Assembly: GCA_947625505.1 (NCBI GenBank)
Contig: CANQON010000005.1
Span: 819 to 64,818 of the forward strand
Source: an uncultured Bacilli bacterium
GTDB lineage: Bacteria > Bacillota_I > Bacilli_A > RF39 > UBA660
DNA: 64,000 nucleotides
Reading direction: 5' to 3'
In this document: piece by piece, positions 29,261-38,189 of the stretch
How positions within the stretch are numbered: position 1 is the first letter of the stretch
Layout: each line of letters begins with the position of its first letter
The notes under the pieces: model-generated
Told to the model about the DNA's origin: nothing
Database searches by the model: none
Seen by the model: only the letters and a program-made list of their open reading frames with translations
Position numbers and translations under genes: made by a program

Positions 29261-30149
29261 ATATTGCAGCAAACTTACGAATAGTTTTATCTGGACTATC
29301 ACTAGATAAAATACTAGCTACCATCTTTTCACGATCATATTGAACTAATACTTCTTCAAGATCAAACCCTTCAGTATGTTCTCTTAAAATAACATAAGAG
29401 GCTGTATCAATAGGATCCCTACGATATGCCATACCAACTGCTCTTATCGAATAAAACTTAGTAGGAGCACTATCATCATATAATTTCCAATGTACATGCC
29501 CTTGAACTACAGCATCAAAGAACTCAACTCTTTTTTTAGCAAACAAAGGATCATCTTTAGCGGATAAATATCCTCTAACAAAAGGATGATCAGCGCCATA
29601 CGTTTTAATCATTCTTTCTATTTCAGCTAATTGAGCAGTACTATTAGTATAATCAAATTGGTGGGATGGATTAGATCTAATTCTATCCCCTGTTCCCATA
29701 AAGTCAAAACCTCTTTGATATGTCCATGTACTATGAGCATTAAAATCAATTCTAACGTCATTAGCAAAGTGACATAAAGCTAACCTTTTACCACCTATTA
29801 ATAACTCAATAGAATGAGGAAATAACTTAATAAGTGCTATTTGTTCTTCATTTAATTTAGATAAAGTCCATGTATTACTAGCTTCTTTTAAAGAATTAAA
29901 ATATGTTCTAAAAGGCTCAATACCTAAAGTAATATATTCTTCTGAATTACCAGCTATCGATTTAACATGATATTGTCTTAAAAGATCTAATACCTCACTA
30001 GGATTAGGCCCAACACCTATATTATCACCTAATGAATATATTTCCGTTATTCCTCTTTTAGCCATATCTTCTAAAGCAGCTTGCGTAGGTTCAAGAAGTC
30101 CATGAGCATCAGTAAAAATAGCTATTTCACGTCCTGTATATTCTTTCAT
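29259..30149 (-). CDS. metallophosphoesterase
   Basis: Calcineurin-like motifs (IFTDAHG, SLGDNIGVGP, GNSEEY, QGHVH). Confidence 0.8.
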   Translation of the reverse strand: MKEYTGREIAIFTDAHGLLEPTQAALEDMAKRGITEIYSLGDNIGVGPNPSEVLDLLRQYHVKSIAGNSEEYITLGIEPFRTYFNSLKEASNTWTLSKLNEEQIALIKLFPHSIELLIGGKRLALCHFANDVRIDFNAHSTWTYQRGFDFMGTGDRIRSNPSHQFDYTNSTAQLAEIERMIKTYGADHPFVRGYLSAKDDPLFAKKRVEFFDAVVQGHVHWKLYDDSAPTKFYSIRAVGMAYRRDPIDTASYVILREHTEGFDLEEVLVQYDREKMVASILSSDSPDKTIRKFAAI

Positions 30150-30152
30150 GAC

Positions 30153-30770
30153 TTAATCCTTATTAATTACTGTTATTCTTGTAATTTTAGGTTGATTTTT
30201 AGGCGCTACAGTCTCTCCATCATCTTCCGTAATTGTTTCTTCGGCTATTTTATCAACTACATCTAAGCCCTTAGTAACATGCCCAAAAGCAGCATATTTT
30301 CCATCTAAGAAAGTAGAATCTTCATGGCAAATAAAGAATTGACTACTTGCACTATCATATGATTGACTACGAGCCATAGAAATAACACCTCTTTTATGAG
30401 ATATAGTATTATTTACACCATTATAAGCAAATTCCCCTTTAATAGTATTAGGTGATCCCCCAGTACCATTACCATCAGGATCTCCTCCTTGAATCATGAA
30501 TCCCTTAACAACACGATGAAACGTTAATCCATCATAAAATTTTTCATTAACTAGATTAATAAAATTAGTAACTGTAATAGGTGCTACATCAGCATCCAAT
30601 TCTAATTCAATATCTCCATAGTTTTCTATTTCAATTTTAACATAATGTAATCCAGTTAAATAATTATCTTGTTCATTCATATTCTCTTCCTCCTTTGACG
30701 TATCTTTACCACACCCTACCATAAGAAATGTTAAAGCAAGACATATTATACATAATAATGTTTTTTTCAT
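30153..30770 (-). CDS. peptidyl-prolyl cis-trans isomerase (cyclophilin type), lipoprotein
   Basis: Start at MKKTLLCIICLALTFLMVGC (lipobox) behind AGGTGA. Cyclophilin core FHRVVKGFMIQGGDP. Confidence 0.88.
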   Translation of the reverse strand: MKKTLLCIICLALTFLMVGCGKDTSKEEENMNEQDNYLTGLHYVKIEIENYGDIELELDADVAPITVTNFINLVNEKFYDGLTFHRVVKGFMIQGGDPDGNGTGGSPNTIKGEFAYNGVNNTISHKRGVISMARSQSYDSASSQFFICHEDSTFLDGKYAAFGHVTKGLDVVDKIAEETITEDDGETVAPKNQPKITRITVINKD

Positions 30771-30825
30771 TCTATCACCTAATTCATTATAACATAAAAA
30801 AATAGAAGTAAACAACTTCTATTTT

Positions 30826-31245
30826 TTACTTATCAATCATATTTAATAAGTTAATCTTAAACATATCCTTTTCAGCATGCTGTTTAGATACCATAACTCC
30901 TTTATAAGTAACTAATTCACTGGCATGTCCTTCACTAAGAATATCCATAGGTTCAAACTTATCTAACATTACTATCTTTTCTTTTTCATAAACTAAATAA
31001 TATAATTTTATATCACCATGTACCTTAGAAAATAAAGCATCAGTTGGTAATTTTAATTCATAGGTTTTAGTCCCATTTGTCTTATTAGTTGAAATCAACT
31101 GTCCTAGGAAATTTCCCTCTTTTAAAGATGGATAATATTCAAAATATAATTTCTTATAGGCAAGCATGTTATATTTTTTTATGGAACGTTCTAACTTTTT
31201 GAATTCATTTTCATTAACATAGTCAAACAAATATGTGCTCTTCAT
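30826..31245 (-). CDS. hypothetical protein
   Basis: 139 aa ORF with a GGAAGGGG RBS. No confident motif. Confidence 0.55.
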   Translation of the reverse strand: MKSTYLFDYVNENEFKKLERSIKKYNMLAYKKLYFEYYPSLKEGNFLGQLISTNKTNGTKTYELKLPTDALFSKVHGDIKLYYLVYEKEKIVMLDKFEPMDILSEGHASELVTYKGVMVSKQHAEKDMFKINLLNMIDK

Positions 31246-31365
31246 GACAAGCCCCTTCCTATTATAATTATATTATTCTTATTCTAAAATTATGATAACA
31301 CAATCATATAGACTTGTCAAACAAAAAGAAGCTTAAAAGTGCTTCTTTACTGTTTGCTATTTACA

Positions 31366-32970
31366 CTAGGCTTCTTTTTTATTACCTGTTAATTTATAGC
31401 CTTGAGATGTTAACTTAGAATCCACTGGATCACAAGTGCTCCATTTTCTATCAACAGTTCCACCTTTATATTCTCTAGTTCTTGAACGATAATAAGTTAC
31501 ATTTTTATAAGTAGGTACTTTTATAGTTTCATATACTGGTACTGTTCTAGTTCCATATACTGGTACTTGTTTAGTTCCATATACTGGAACTTTTCTAGTA
31601 CTATATACAGGCACTTTTCTAGTTCCATATACTGGTACCTTTCTTGTTCCATATTGTGGTACTTGTCTTGTTCCATATTGAGGAACTTTTTTAGTAGCAT
31701 AAACTGGAACTTGTTTTTCTTCATAAACATTTTCTGTCTTGTAAACTGGTACTTGTTCTGTTCTCTTTTCAGTCTTATATACAGTTACAACTTGGTAAAC
31801 ATCCCATGTATAAGTTGTCTTAATAGCACAACTTGAACAGCTTTGGGTTGTCTTAGAACCTGTTTTAACATATACATAACCATTACCACTTGAAGGTATA
31901 GTAGATCCACTACTAGAGCTTACATAAACCTTAGTAGTTCCTGAAGGTACTTTTACAGTTACAGTTTTAGTAGTAGTTCCTGTTTGTACTTTCTTTGTAC
32001 CTGTTTTAACTTTTTGAGTTACATATTTAGAAACATACTTTTCAGTTGTATATCCTTTAATATATTGTTCTGTCTTATAACCAGTTACATATTGTTCATC
32101 TTTATAACCAGTTATATATTTTTCAGTTGTATATCCTTTGATATATTTTTCAGTTGTATATCCTTTGATATATCTTTCAGTTGTATATCCTTTAATATAA
32201 GTTTCTGTTTTGGTTCCTGTTTGTACTTTCTTTTCTGTATATCCAGTTACAACTTTTTCAGTTTTAGTCTCTACTTGCGTATAGTCATTAGCAGTTAATT
32301 TATTAGTTGTCCATTTAGACCATGAACTCCAATCAGTCCATTTACCATCTGTTCTCTTCTCATACTCACAAACATATTTTTTAGTTGGAGTACTTGGAGT
32401 TGGATTAGATGGAGTAGGATTAGATGGTGTTGGCTTAGAAGGTGTTTCTTGTTTCTCACAAACACCTGTAGCATCACAGTAATCATAACATCCTAAATAA
32501 ACAATAATATAATCCTCTTCTGATCCGCAACTTAAATTAACTTTCATTTGGAATTCGTCTTTATACTTAGTAATTGTAACATATGATTTTTCGCCATCAC
32601 AAGCAACGCCATTCTTATCAGTTAATTTTAAAACTAAATGTTTTTCATACATTTGATTTAATGTCATCTTATCGGAATCACCAACATTTTTAGGTAATCT
32701 TTCATTAGTATAATATCCGACAGCGCCATTTTTCATTCTTTCAATATTATCAGCGAAAATTTGATTATAAAGTACAGCAAATTTATCAATATCTTCTGAA
32801 CTTGCATCTACTTTAGCACTAGTTTCACTTTTAATATTCGTATTAAAGAATTTTTTCATATATCCTTTAGTTGGGAAAATCCAAACTAATAAAATTACGA
32901 ATAAAACGATTAATACAATTTGTAATAATAAATCCCTTATTGAAAAAGTCTCTCTTCTCTCTTCGTACAT
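31366..32970 (-). CDS. membrane-anchored tandem-repeat surface protein
   Basis: Start at MYEERRETF behind GAGGGGGA. Contains one TM, a Cys-containing domain, a PTPSN x3 linker, 7 x 9-aa repeats (YIKGYTTEK) and about 10 x 8-aa repeats (KVPVYGTR). Confidence 0.75.
   Translation of the reverse strand: MYEERRETFSIRDLLLQIVLIVLFVILLVWIFPTKGYMKKFFNTNIKSETSAKVDASSEDIDKFAVLYNQIFADNIERMKNGAVGYYTNERLPKNVGDSDKMTLNQMYEKHLVLKLTDKNGVACDGEKSYVTITKYKDEFQMKVNLSCGSEEDYIIVYLGCYDYCDATGVCEKQETPSKPTPSNPTPSNPTPSTPTKKYVCEYEKRTDGKWTDWSSWSKWTTNKLTANDYTQVETKTEKVVTGYTEKKVQTGTKTETYIKGYTTERYIKGYTTEKYIKGYTTEKYITGYKDEQYVTGYKTEQYIKGYTTEKYVSKYVTQKVKTGTKKVQTGTTTKTVTVKVPSGTTKVYVSSSSGSTIPSSGNGYVYVKTGSKTTQSCSSCAIKTTYTWDVYQVVTVYKTEKRTEQVPVYKTENVYEEKQVPVYATKKVPQYGTRQVPQYGTRKVPVYGTRKVPVYSTRKVPVYGTKQVPVYGTRTVPVYETIKVPTYKNVTYYRSRTREYKGGTVDRKWSTCDPVDSKLTSQGYKLTGNKKEA
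31498..31755 (-). repeat. in-frame 24-nt tandem repeats (about 10 units, one interrupted)
   Basis: Encodes QVPVYATK KVPQYGTR QVPQYGTR KVPVYGTR KVPVYSTR KVPVYGTK QVPVYGTR TVPVYETI KVPTYKNV. Confidence 0.9.
32011..32199 (-). repeat. in-frame 27-nt tandem repeats (7 units)
   Basis: Encodes YIKGYTTER YIKGYTTEK YIKGYTTEK YITGYKDEQ YVTGYKTEQ YIKGYTTEK YVSKYVTQK. Confidence 0.9.
32383..32442 (-). repeat. 15-nt Pro/Thr/Ser linker repeats
   Basis: Encodes PSKPTPSNPTPSNPTPSTPT. Confidence 0.8.
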
Positions 32971-33032
32971 ACAAAATCCCCCTCTTTTCATAAGATGAGC
33001 TCTATACTAACACTTTTTATATAAATTGTCAA
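32971..33032 (-). promoter_or_regulatory. promoter and leader, copy 2 of a shared element
   Basis: On the minus strand: TTGACA, 17 nt, TGT-TAGTAT, then leader ..CATCTTATGAAAAGAGGGGGA.. before the ATG. Paralogous to 24029-24091. Confidence 0.6.
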
Positions 33033-33035
33033 GTT

Positions 33036-33305
33036 CTATTTATGCAATAATTCGACAATTGTGCATCCAACATTACCTGCATAAACTTGATAATCTAAAA
33101 CATATTTATTTTTCTTTAAAGTATCATGAGTAGTCTTTTTAATAATACCACCACTTATACCATGAACAATAACAACATTTTCATTGCCCATAATATAGTT
33201 ATCATGGATAAATTCATTAATTTTAATGACGGCATAATCACGATCAACACCGTGTAGATCTAAAGAAGGTAATGAATCAGTAAATATTATTTCATTTAAC
33301 TTCAT
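33036..33305 (-). CDS. Smr domain protein
   Basis: LDLHG motif and VIVHGISGGIIKK. Start taken at MKLNEIIF, overlapping the kinase stop by 14 nt. Confidence 0.7.
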   Translation of the reverse strand: MKLNEIIFTDSLPSLDLHGVDRDYAVIKINEFIHDNYIMGNENVVIVHGISGGIIKKTTHDTLKKNKYVLDYQVYAGNVGCTIVELLHK

Positions 33306-34188
33306 TAAATACTTCTTCCATTTCATTAATAGAGAAGATGGAATTACGTCCACCAATTCTTGTTACAGACATAGCACCTGCTACATTAGCAAATCTAAGT
33401 ACTTTTTCCATTGGCCAATCTTGTGTTAAACCATAGACAAAAGCTCCATGGAAAATGTCCCCTGCCCCTGTTGAATCAACAGCTTTTACTTGAACGGATG
33501 GAATAACAACAATTTCTTTATTATCATTACGATAAGCACAACCTAACGCTTCTAAAGTAACAATAACATTTGTTTTAAATTCTTCCTCTATTTTTTTGAA
33601 TGCAGCATCTAAAGATTCTTTATCTTGAATAGTAACACCACTTACTAATTCCATAAATTCTTTAGAGCATACCACATAGTCACATAAATAACATAAATCT
33701 TTTACTTCTTTACGATCACGTCCTGCATCAATAACAACAATAGCATCAGGATGTTCCTTAATCGTTTTCATTGACATTTCATATTCTTGTCCATCTAATA
33801 AGATAATGTCAGGTTCAAAATCAATACTAACAGCATCCATTTTCATATCACTAGGACGATAAGTTAGAATTGTTCTACTTCCATTAGCTCTATTAGCAAT
33901 TATATGGCTTGATGTTGTAGTATAATTATCATTTAACTGTAAGTAATCAATATTAACGCCTATAGTACGGAATTCATCACGTATTCTTTTACCATATAAA
34001 TCATTACCAACAATACCTGCTATATAAGTTTCAACACCCCATTTAGCTAATAAATAGGCAGCATTGCCTGCAGGGCCTCCACCACATTCAATACGCTCAT
34101 GAACACGATTTTTAGTATTCTCTTTAGGATATTCTTCTAAAGGAGTAGTTATATCATAAGCATTATGTCCAATGCATAAAACTTTCAT
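33292..34188 (-). CDS. PfkB family carbohydrate kinase (ribokinase-like)
   Basis: N-terminal GG motif (ECGGGPAGNAA) and C-terminal DSTGAGDIFHGAF. TGA stop. Confidence 0.85.
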   Translation of the reverse strand: MKVLCIGHNAYDITTPLEEYPKENTKNRVHERIECGGGPAGNAAYLLAKWGVETYIAGIVGNDLYGKRIRDEFRTIGVNIDYLQLNDNYTTTSSHIIANRANGSRTILTYRPSDMKMDAVSIDFEPDIILLDGQEYEMSMKTIKEHPDAIVVIDAGRDRKEVKDLCYLCDYVVCSKEFMELVSGVTIQDKESLDAAFKKIEEEFKTNVIVTLEALGCAYRNDNKEIVVIPSVQVKAVDSTGAGDIFHGAFVYGLTQDWPMEKVLRFANVAGAMSVTRIGGRNSIFSINEMEEVFNEVK

Positions 34189-34233
34189 ATTATCACCTAT
34201 TTAATTATAATACATAATAACTATAATTGTAAA

Positions 34234-34881
34234 CTATTTAAGAAACTTTTGAAAAGAACTATCAATCGTACTTTCTGTAATATCATTAGCCTTCTTATAA
34301 CAAGCATAAGCTATACCTAATATGTTATCTCCCTCATCACTAAAAAAGGTATTGGAAGCTAAACGGAATAAAGTTCTCTCATCATATCCAGAATCTAATA
34401 ATGTTTGATAAACAGATATTACGAGTTCTAAGATAGCAAGATGTTCTCTATTTGGATTATCAAAAGCAAACCTACTAGGTACAGCACTACTTAATCTTCT
34501 TTTAATACTTTCTTCAAATACATATTGATTACTACCTATTTTTATATCACCTTGTTCTATTAAACGTTCTTTAATAGACTTAATTATTTCATTAGGATCA
34601 TATAAAATATCACTACTAGCAATATCATCACAATGCGCTATATCAGTAACACATACATCATAACTACTAAATCTTAAATCACCAATAGTAAAATATTTAG
34701 ATATATGAGATTTACCTGGCAATACAAAATTAATAATATCAAAATTAGATGTATCATCTTCATAAGCAAATAAGGTACTACCTAAATAACTACCAGGATT
34801 CTTTATTAATTCAATTTCTATTTTAGCTTTAATAATAGCTTCTAGAATATTAACCTTTTCTTTTTGATCAAATAATATCAT
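34234..34881 (-). CDS. nucleotidyltransferase-fold-like protein with degenerate catalytic motif
   Basis: YLGSTLFAYEDDTSNFDIINFVL fits the hG[GS]-x(9-13)-D-h-[DE]-h pattern, except the second carboxylate is Asn. The C-terminal half is helical. Confidence 0.4.
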   Translation of the reverse strand: MILFDQKEKVNILEAIIKAKIEIELIKNPGSYLGSTLFAYEDDTSNFDIINFVLPGKSHISKYFTIGDLRFSSYDVCVTDIAHCDDIASSDILYDPNEIIKSIKERLIEQGDIKIGSNQYVFEESIKRRLSSAVPSRFAFDNPNREHLAILELVISVYQTLLDSGYDERTLFRLASNTFFSDEGDNILGIAYACYKKANDITESTIDSSFQKFLK

Positions 34882-34934
34882 AAACTCAACTCCAAGTTAA
34901 TATTCTATCATACCTCATAACGAAAAAAAAGAGC

Positions 34935-36179
34935 TTAACTAGCTACTTTTTCTGTATCTGTTTTTAATTCATATGTCTCCATAAAAGTTCTTAAAGTCTC
35001 ACGCATTCTTTCATATCCTAAATAACGCATATTATTAATAATAAAATTATCATAAGGCCAAATACGTTTTGACTTAGCTACATGATTAGCTCCAAAATCC
35101 ATTATGGCATATTCTTGTTCAAAGTCTTTAAATTCTTTACCTTCAGCATGTCTTAAAAATTCTTCACAAGCATCAATAAGTGATCCTCCATTTTGAAGTA
35201 TCCAGTTTTCAATACCTACGCCACCTAAACCACCATTTTGGCGATCTCCTTCTAGAATACCTCGAGCAGGTTTATAACTACCAGCCATTTTTAACATATC
35301 TTTAGCATACATAATATTAGCTAATACTAAACGATATTTTTGAGGATCTTGAGCCCTCATATTCTCTAATCTTTCTTTAATTGCATCCTCTGTTGAAAGA
35401 TAATTATCTTTTTGTGGTGTTAATGAAAAATCAATATCAAGAGGTTTTTCAAGTTCAGGAATAGTAACATCAACTAATCTTACTTTATAAGTAGAAGTCT
35501 TTGTAATATGTCCTTCAGCTTGTAAATCATTTTCTAATATTTGTTTTACTTTCCAAGTTAATTCAGGATTAAAACGAATTGTAAAATCAAAATCCCATTT
35601 TTGACTACCATCTAATGATGGAACATTAGTATATCGATCAGTAGATCCTGCTTCAACTAATTCAATATCCCCTCCTGAATTACATCCAATAGTAACAGTA
35701 AATCCATATTTACTTAATTGCCTAATAATTTCTTGATAAACTTTATCACGATAGAAATCAACTTGTCTTATATTTTCATCTATTTTACTTAAATACTTAT
35801 CTAAACCTGGAAAATATAAATTTGGTGAAAAAGTATAATCACCAGCTCCATATTCTTTTAAACCACCCATTCTTACACGAAATAAGCGAAATTCTTCTTC
35901 TGTAAATAATAATTGATTAGTTTCAGAATTATAAATAGGTATATATCTATTATTCATAGCTTCAAGTAATTTTATATCATTTACATTCATTGATTCTGTT
36001 AAATAAGGTGCTTTTCTATATGCTCTTAAATTACTAGGTACTACAATAATTGCTTCCATAGGGCTATTAACATAATAAAAAGGAACATTAGAAGTAGACT
36101 CTATTTTTTCTCCATGTAAAAATCTTTCCATTGTTTCTAAATCCCTTATTCCTAATCCCATTGTATCCATAAATATCAT
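34935..36179 (-). CDS. Pol-beta superfamily nucleotidyltransferase-like protein
   Basis: VEAGSTDRYTNVPSLDGSQKWDFDFTIRF (G-S ... D-x-D), a third acidic site PLDIDFSL, and a later helical motif GGLGGVGIENWILQNGGS resembling the GFSGY..ELL helix of class I CCA-adding/PAP-type enzymes. The start codon is uncertain among M1, M4 and M7. Confidence 0.5.
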   Translation of the reverse strand: MIFMDTMGLGIRDLETMERFLHGEKIESTSNVPFYYVNSPMEAIIVVPSNLRAYRKAPYLTESMNVNDIKLLEAMNNRYIPIYNSETNQLLFTEEEFRLFRVRMGGLKEYGAGDYTFSPNLYFPGLDKYLSKIDENIRQVDFYRDKVYQEIIRQLSKYGFTVTIGCNSGGDIELVEAGSTDRYTNVPSLDGSQKWDFDFTIRFNPELTWKVKQILENDLQAEGHITKTSTYKVRLVDVTIPELEKPLDIDFSLTPQKDNYLSTEDAIKERLENMRAQDPQKYRLVLANIMYAKDMLKMAGSYKPARGILEGDRQNGGLGGVGIENWILQNGGSLIDACEEFLRHAEGKEFKDFEQEYAIMDFGANHVAKSKRIWPYDNFIINNMRYLGYERMRETLRTFMETYELKTDTEKVAS

Positions 36180-36246
36180 CTCTATTCTCTAATATAATTA
36201 TACCTAACTCATTAATTATGTCAACTATAATAGTATGCCATATCTT

Positions 36247-37248
36247 TTATTTATTAATAACCTCCAATATTGCTCCACCATGTGTTTTAACTTTAATAGG
36301 TGTCAAAACATTAGAGTTTTTTAATTCTTCCATTGTTTTAGGCCTTACAATAACTAATTTATCTAGTTCATCATTAGTAAATACATAATAAGCAGGCATA
36401 TTCATTTCTTTAGATCTTTCTTTTCTAAAATTAATCAATCTTTCTTTTAAATCATCATTAATAGATATATTATTATTATTATAACAATACTTATTTTTAT
36501 AATATGTATAATAGTCAATAGATTCATTGAATGACAAGTTCAAATAAGAATTAGCAATTTCTTCCATACTCTTTTTTGTTTCTAAAATTTCATTAGAAGC
36601 TCTATGGTTTAAATCATATTCAATTTGTCTTATTAATGCATCAGCACGTAATATTTTATATTTCATATCTTTAGGTGCTCTTGTAGTATTTAAAATAGTA
36701 TCTTGATTAGCAGCTACAACTAAAACTTTTCGGTAATAATTAAACTTATTAGAACTTAATAATTTAGTTACTTTAGATGACTGACTTTCCCATATTTTTC
36801 TTACTACTTCTCTTTGTGCTTCTACTTGTCTTAAAGGTGAATACATTCCTTTCTTAATCTTTTTACCATTAATAGAAAATTCTCTTATAAAATCTCCTTT
36901 ATCTGTTACTGTAATATTTCCAACTAGATTTTTACATTCAATATAATATATATAAACAGGTGTTATAACTATATAATCAATCTGAGCAGTTAAATCATCA
37001 TATTTAAGTTTTATATCTCTTAATACATACATTCCTATGTGAGCTTTTTTTAATTGATAAGCTATTTCATTTTCTCCATCTAAACCTTTTTTAATTATAA
37101 ATAATTCACTTAATAATTCTTCATTATTAGGAAATTCATTATTTAATCTTATTAAGGCATCATATCTATCTTGTAAATCACTATTTTCTTTTATAAATAT
37201 AGTATCTTTAAATCTTAAAGAATCAATTACATTATCTATTAATCTCAT
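36247..37248 (-). CDS. NERD domain protein with C-terminal HRDC-like domain
   Basis: NERD pattern (GLDGENEIAYQL..., DYIVITPVYIYYIECKN). The C-terminal 70 aa are HRDC-like (PAYYVFTNDELDKLV..PKTMEELKN). Confidence 0.65.
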   Translation of the reverse strand: MRLIDNVIDSLRFKDTIFIKENSDLQDRYDALIRLNNEFPNNEELLSELFIIKKGLDGENEIAYQLKKAHIGMYVLRDIKLKYDDLTAQIDYIVITPVYIYYIECKNLVGNITVTDKGDFIREFSINGKKIKKGMYSPLRQVEAQREVVRKIWESQSSKVTKLLSSNKFNYYRKVLVVAANQDTILNTTRAPKDMKYKILRADALIRQIEYDLNHRASNEILETKKSMEEIANSYLNLSFNESIDYYTYYKNKYCYNNNNISINDDLKERLINFRKERSKEMNMPAYYVFTNDELDKLVIVRPKTMEELKNSNVLTPIKVKTHGGAILEVINK

Positions 37249-37275
37249 TATTTCACCTTCATATTTTTTTAATTA

Positions 37276-37458
37276 TTAATTCCACCATTTACTAATAATA
37301 TTTATATTTTGTTTAAAATCATTAAAATTTAATAGTTCCCAATATTTAACATTATACTTACTTAAAATATCAATAAATTCATAAGCTTCATATTCCAAAT
37401 CTCCTATACCATATTTACTAGGTAAAGAAAATATTGGTAATAAAATTCCTATATCCAT
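37276..37458 (-). pseudogene. 5' stub of a 4-alpha-glucanotransferase (malQ, GH77) gene
   Basis: MDIGILLPIFSLPSKYGIGDLEYEAYEFIDILSKYNVKYWELL matches the conserved GH77 N-terminus (GILLHxxSLPSxYGIGDxGxxAYxFxDFL...WQxLPL). It stops after about 60 codons, whereas full-length enzymes are about 500 aa. Confidence 0.6.
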
Positions 37459-37543
37459 ATTATATTTCACCATCTTAATTTTATCATAAAAATAATTAAA
37501 AACTAAGTATAACTTAGTCTTTAACTTATAATTATTATTTAAT

Positions 37544-37945
37544 TTATTTTTTATCATTAGTCCATACAAGCATTATACCTATAATCGGATACAATCCTAG
37601 TATTGGCCCAAACATACTAAACAAGTTATCTTCATTAACAAAACTGCCAATCATAAACAAGGCAAAACTAATCACACCTAATACAATTGATATTCTTACT
37701 TTTTTTCTAAATGCATCTTCTTTTACTTTTTTTTCAAATTCATAATTATCTATTTTTTCTCTCATATCTTGTTCATGCTTTGATTTTCGACTTTTTATTT
37801 TAGCATTTTCTACTCTTTCAATAGTAGTTGCTTCATCATCAATAAGCATTTTATTGCCACAATAATTGCAATAAACCTCATTTAATTCAGAATTTACTTT
37901 TAAATTAGCTCCACAATTATTACATTTTAATTCAATTAACTTCAT
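37544..37945 (-). CDS. zinc-ribbon membrane protein
   Basis: CNNCGANL...CNYCGNKM zinc ribbon, a charged helix, and two C-terminal TM segments. AAAGAGGAG RBS. Confidence 0.65.
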   Translation of the reverse strand: MKLIELKCNNCGANLKVNSELNEVYCNYCGNKMLIDDEATTIERVENAKIKSRKSKHEQDMREKIDNYEFEKKVKEDAFRKKVRISIVLGVISFALFMIGSFVNEDNLFSMFGPILGLYPIIGIMLVWTNDKK

Positions 37946-37990
37946 ATATACTCCTCTTTCGCTACAAATATCTTTTACTATAATATCATT

Positions 37991-38056
37991 ATATCACAAA
38001 AAAAGACTAAGTTTCCTTAGTCTTTAATCTTTGTTATTAAGCTTGTTTTTCTTTGA
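37991..38056. repeat. 66-bp direct repeat, copy A (non-coding duplicate of the ppdK 3' end and terminator)
   Basis: Matches 39205-39270 at 63 of 66 positions and contains the same AAGACTAAG-gaaa-CTTAGTCTT hairpin. Confidence 0.9.
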
Positions 38057-38085
38057 AAGATTAATTACATCATAGTCACCAATTA

Positions 38086-38120
38086 ATAAAAAACACCTAA
38101 TTTCATAAAAGAAATTAGGT
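38086..38120 (-). terminator. rho-independent terminator of the abi cassette
   Basis: On the minus strand, ACCTAATTTC-ttttat-GAAATTAGGT (10-bp stem) followed by GTTTTTTATT. Confidence 0.8.
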
Positions 38121-38122
38121 AG

Positions 38123-38160
38123 ATTGACTTAAGGCTTCGTAAGTTTCTTAAATACTAATC
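38123..38160 (-). ncRNA. conserved bulged hairpin motif, copy 2 (3' of abi)
   Basis: Minus strand: GATTAGTATTTAAG-AAACTTACGAAGC-CTTAAGTCAAT. Same architecture as 39081-39118, with compensatory stem changes. Confidence 0.4.
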
Positions 38161-38189
38161 AATAATATTATATGAATTATCATCATAAT

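Noticed and set aside
29259-30149. The metallophosphoesterase gene and ppdK look somewhat more GC-rich than their neighbours, possibly from horizontal transfer.
   Set aside because: This is an impression by eye only. ppdK's composition is expected for a highly conserved, highly expressed gene, and no flanking repeats or mobility genes support transfer.
30826-31245. The 139-aa protein might be a RelE/ParE-like toxin, because of a ..KLYYLVYEKEKIVMLDKFEP.. segment.
   Set aside because: The resemblance covers only a short beta-strand pattern. There is no adjacent antitoxin-sized ORF and no catalytic residues I can place.
31498-32199. The regularly spaced repeats might have been a CRISPR array.
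   Set aside because: The units are contiguous with no spacers, their periods are multiples of 3, they lie inside one long ORF, and no cas genes are present.
31521-32486. Four ORFs (31521-31730, 31567-31836, 31984-32298, 32295-32486) inside the tandem-repeat gene.
   Set aside because: They are alternative or antisense frames kept open only by the periodicity of the 24- and 27-nt repeats. The long frame with TM anchor, RBS and promoter explains the region.
33292-33294. TGA might be read as Trp (Mollicutes code 4), given the very low GC.
   Set aside because: Conserved-length genes end at TGA (PfkB kinase 33292, glycosyltransferase 58412, prmC 57703) with the next gene's RBS and ATG right there. 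Nothing needs TGA read-through to complete a domain.
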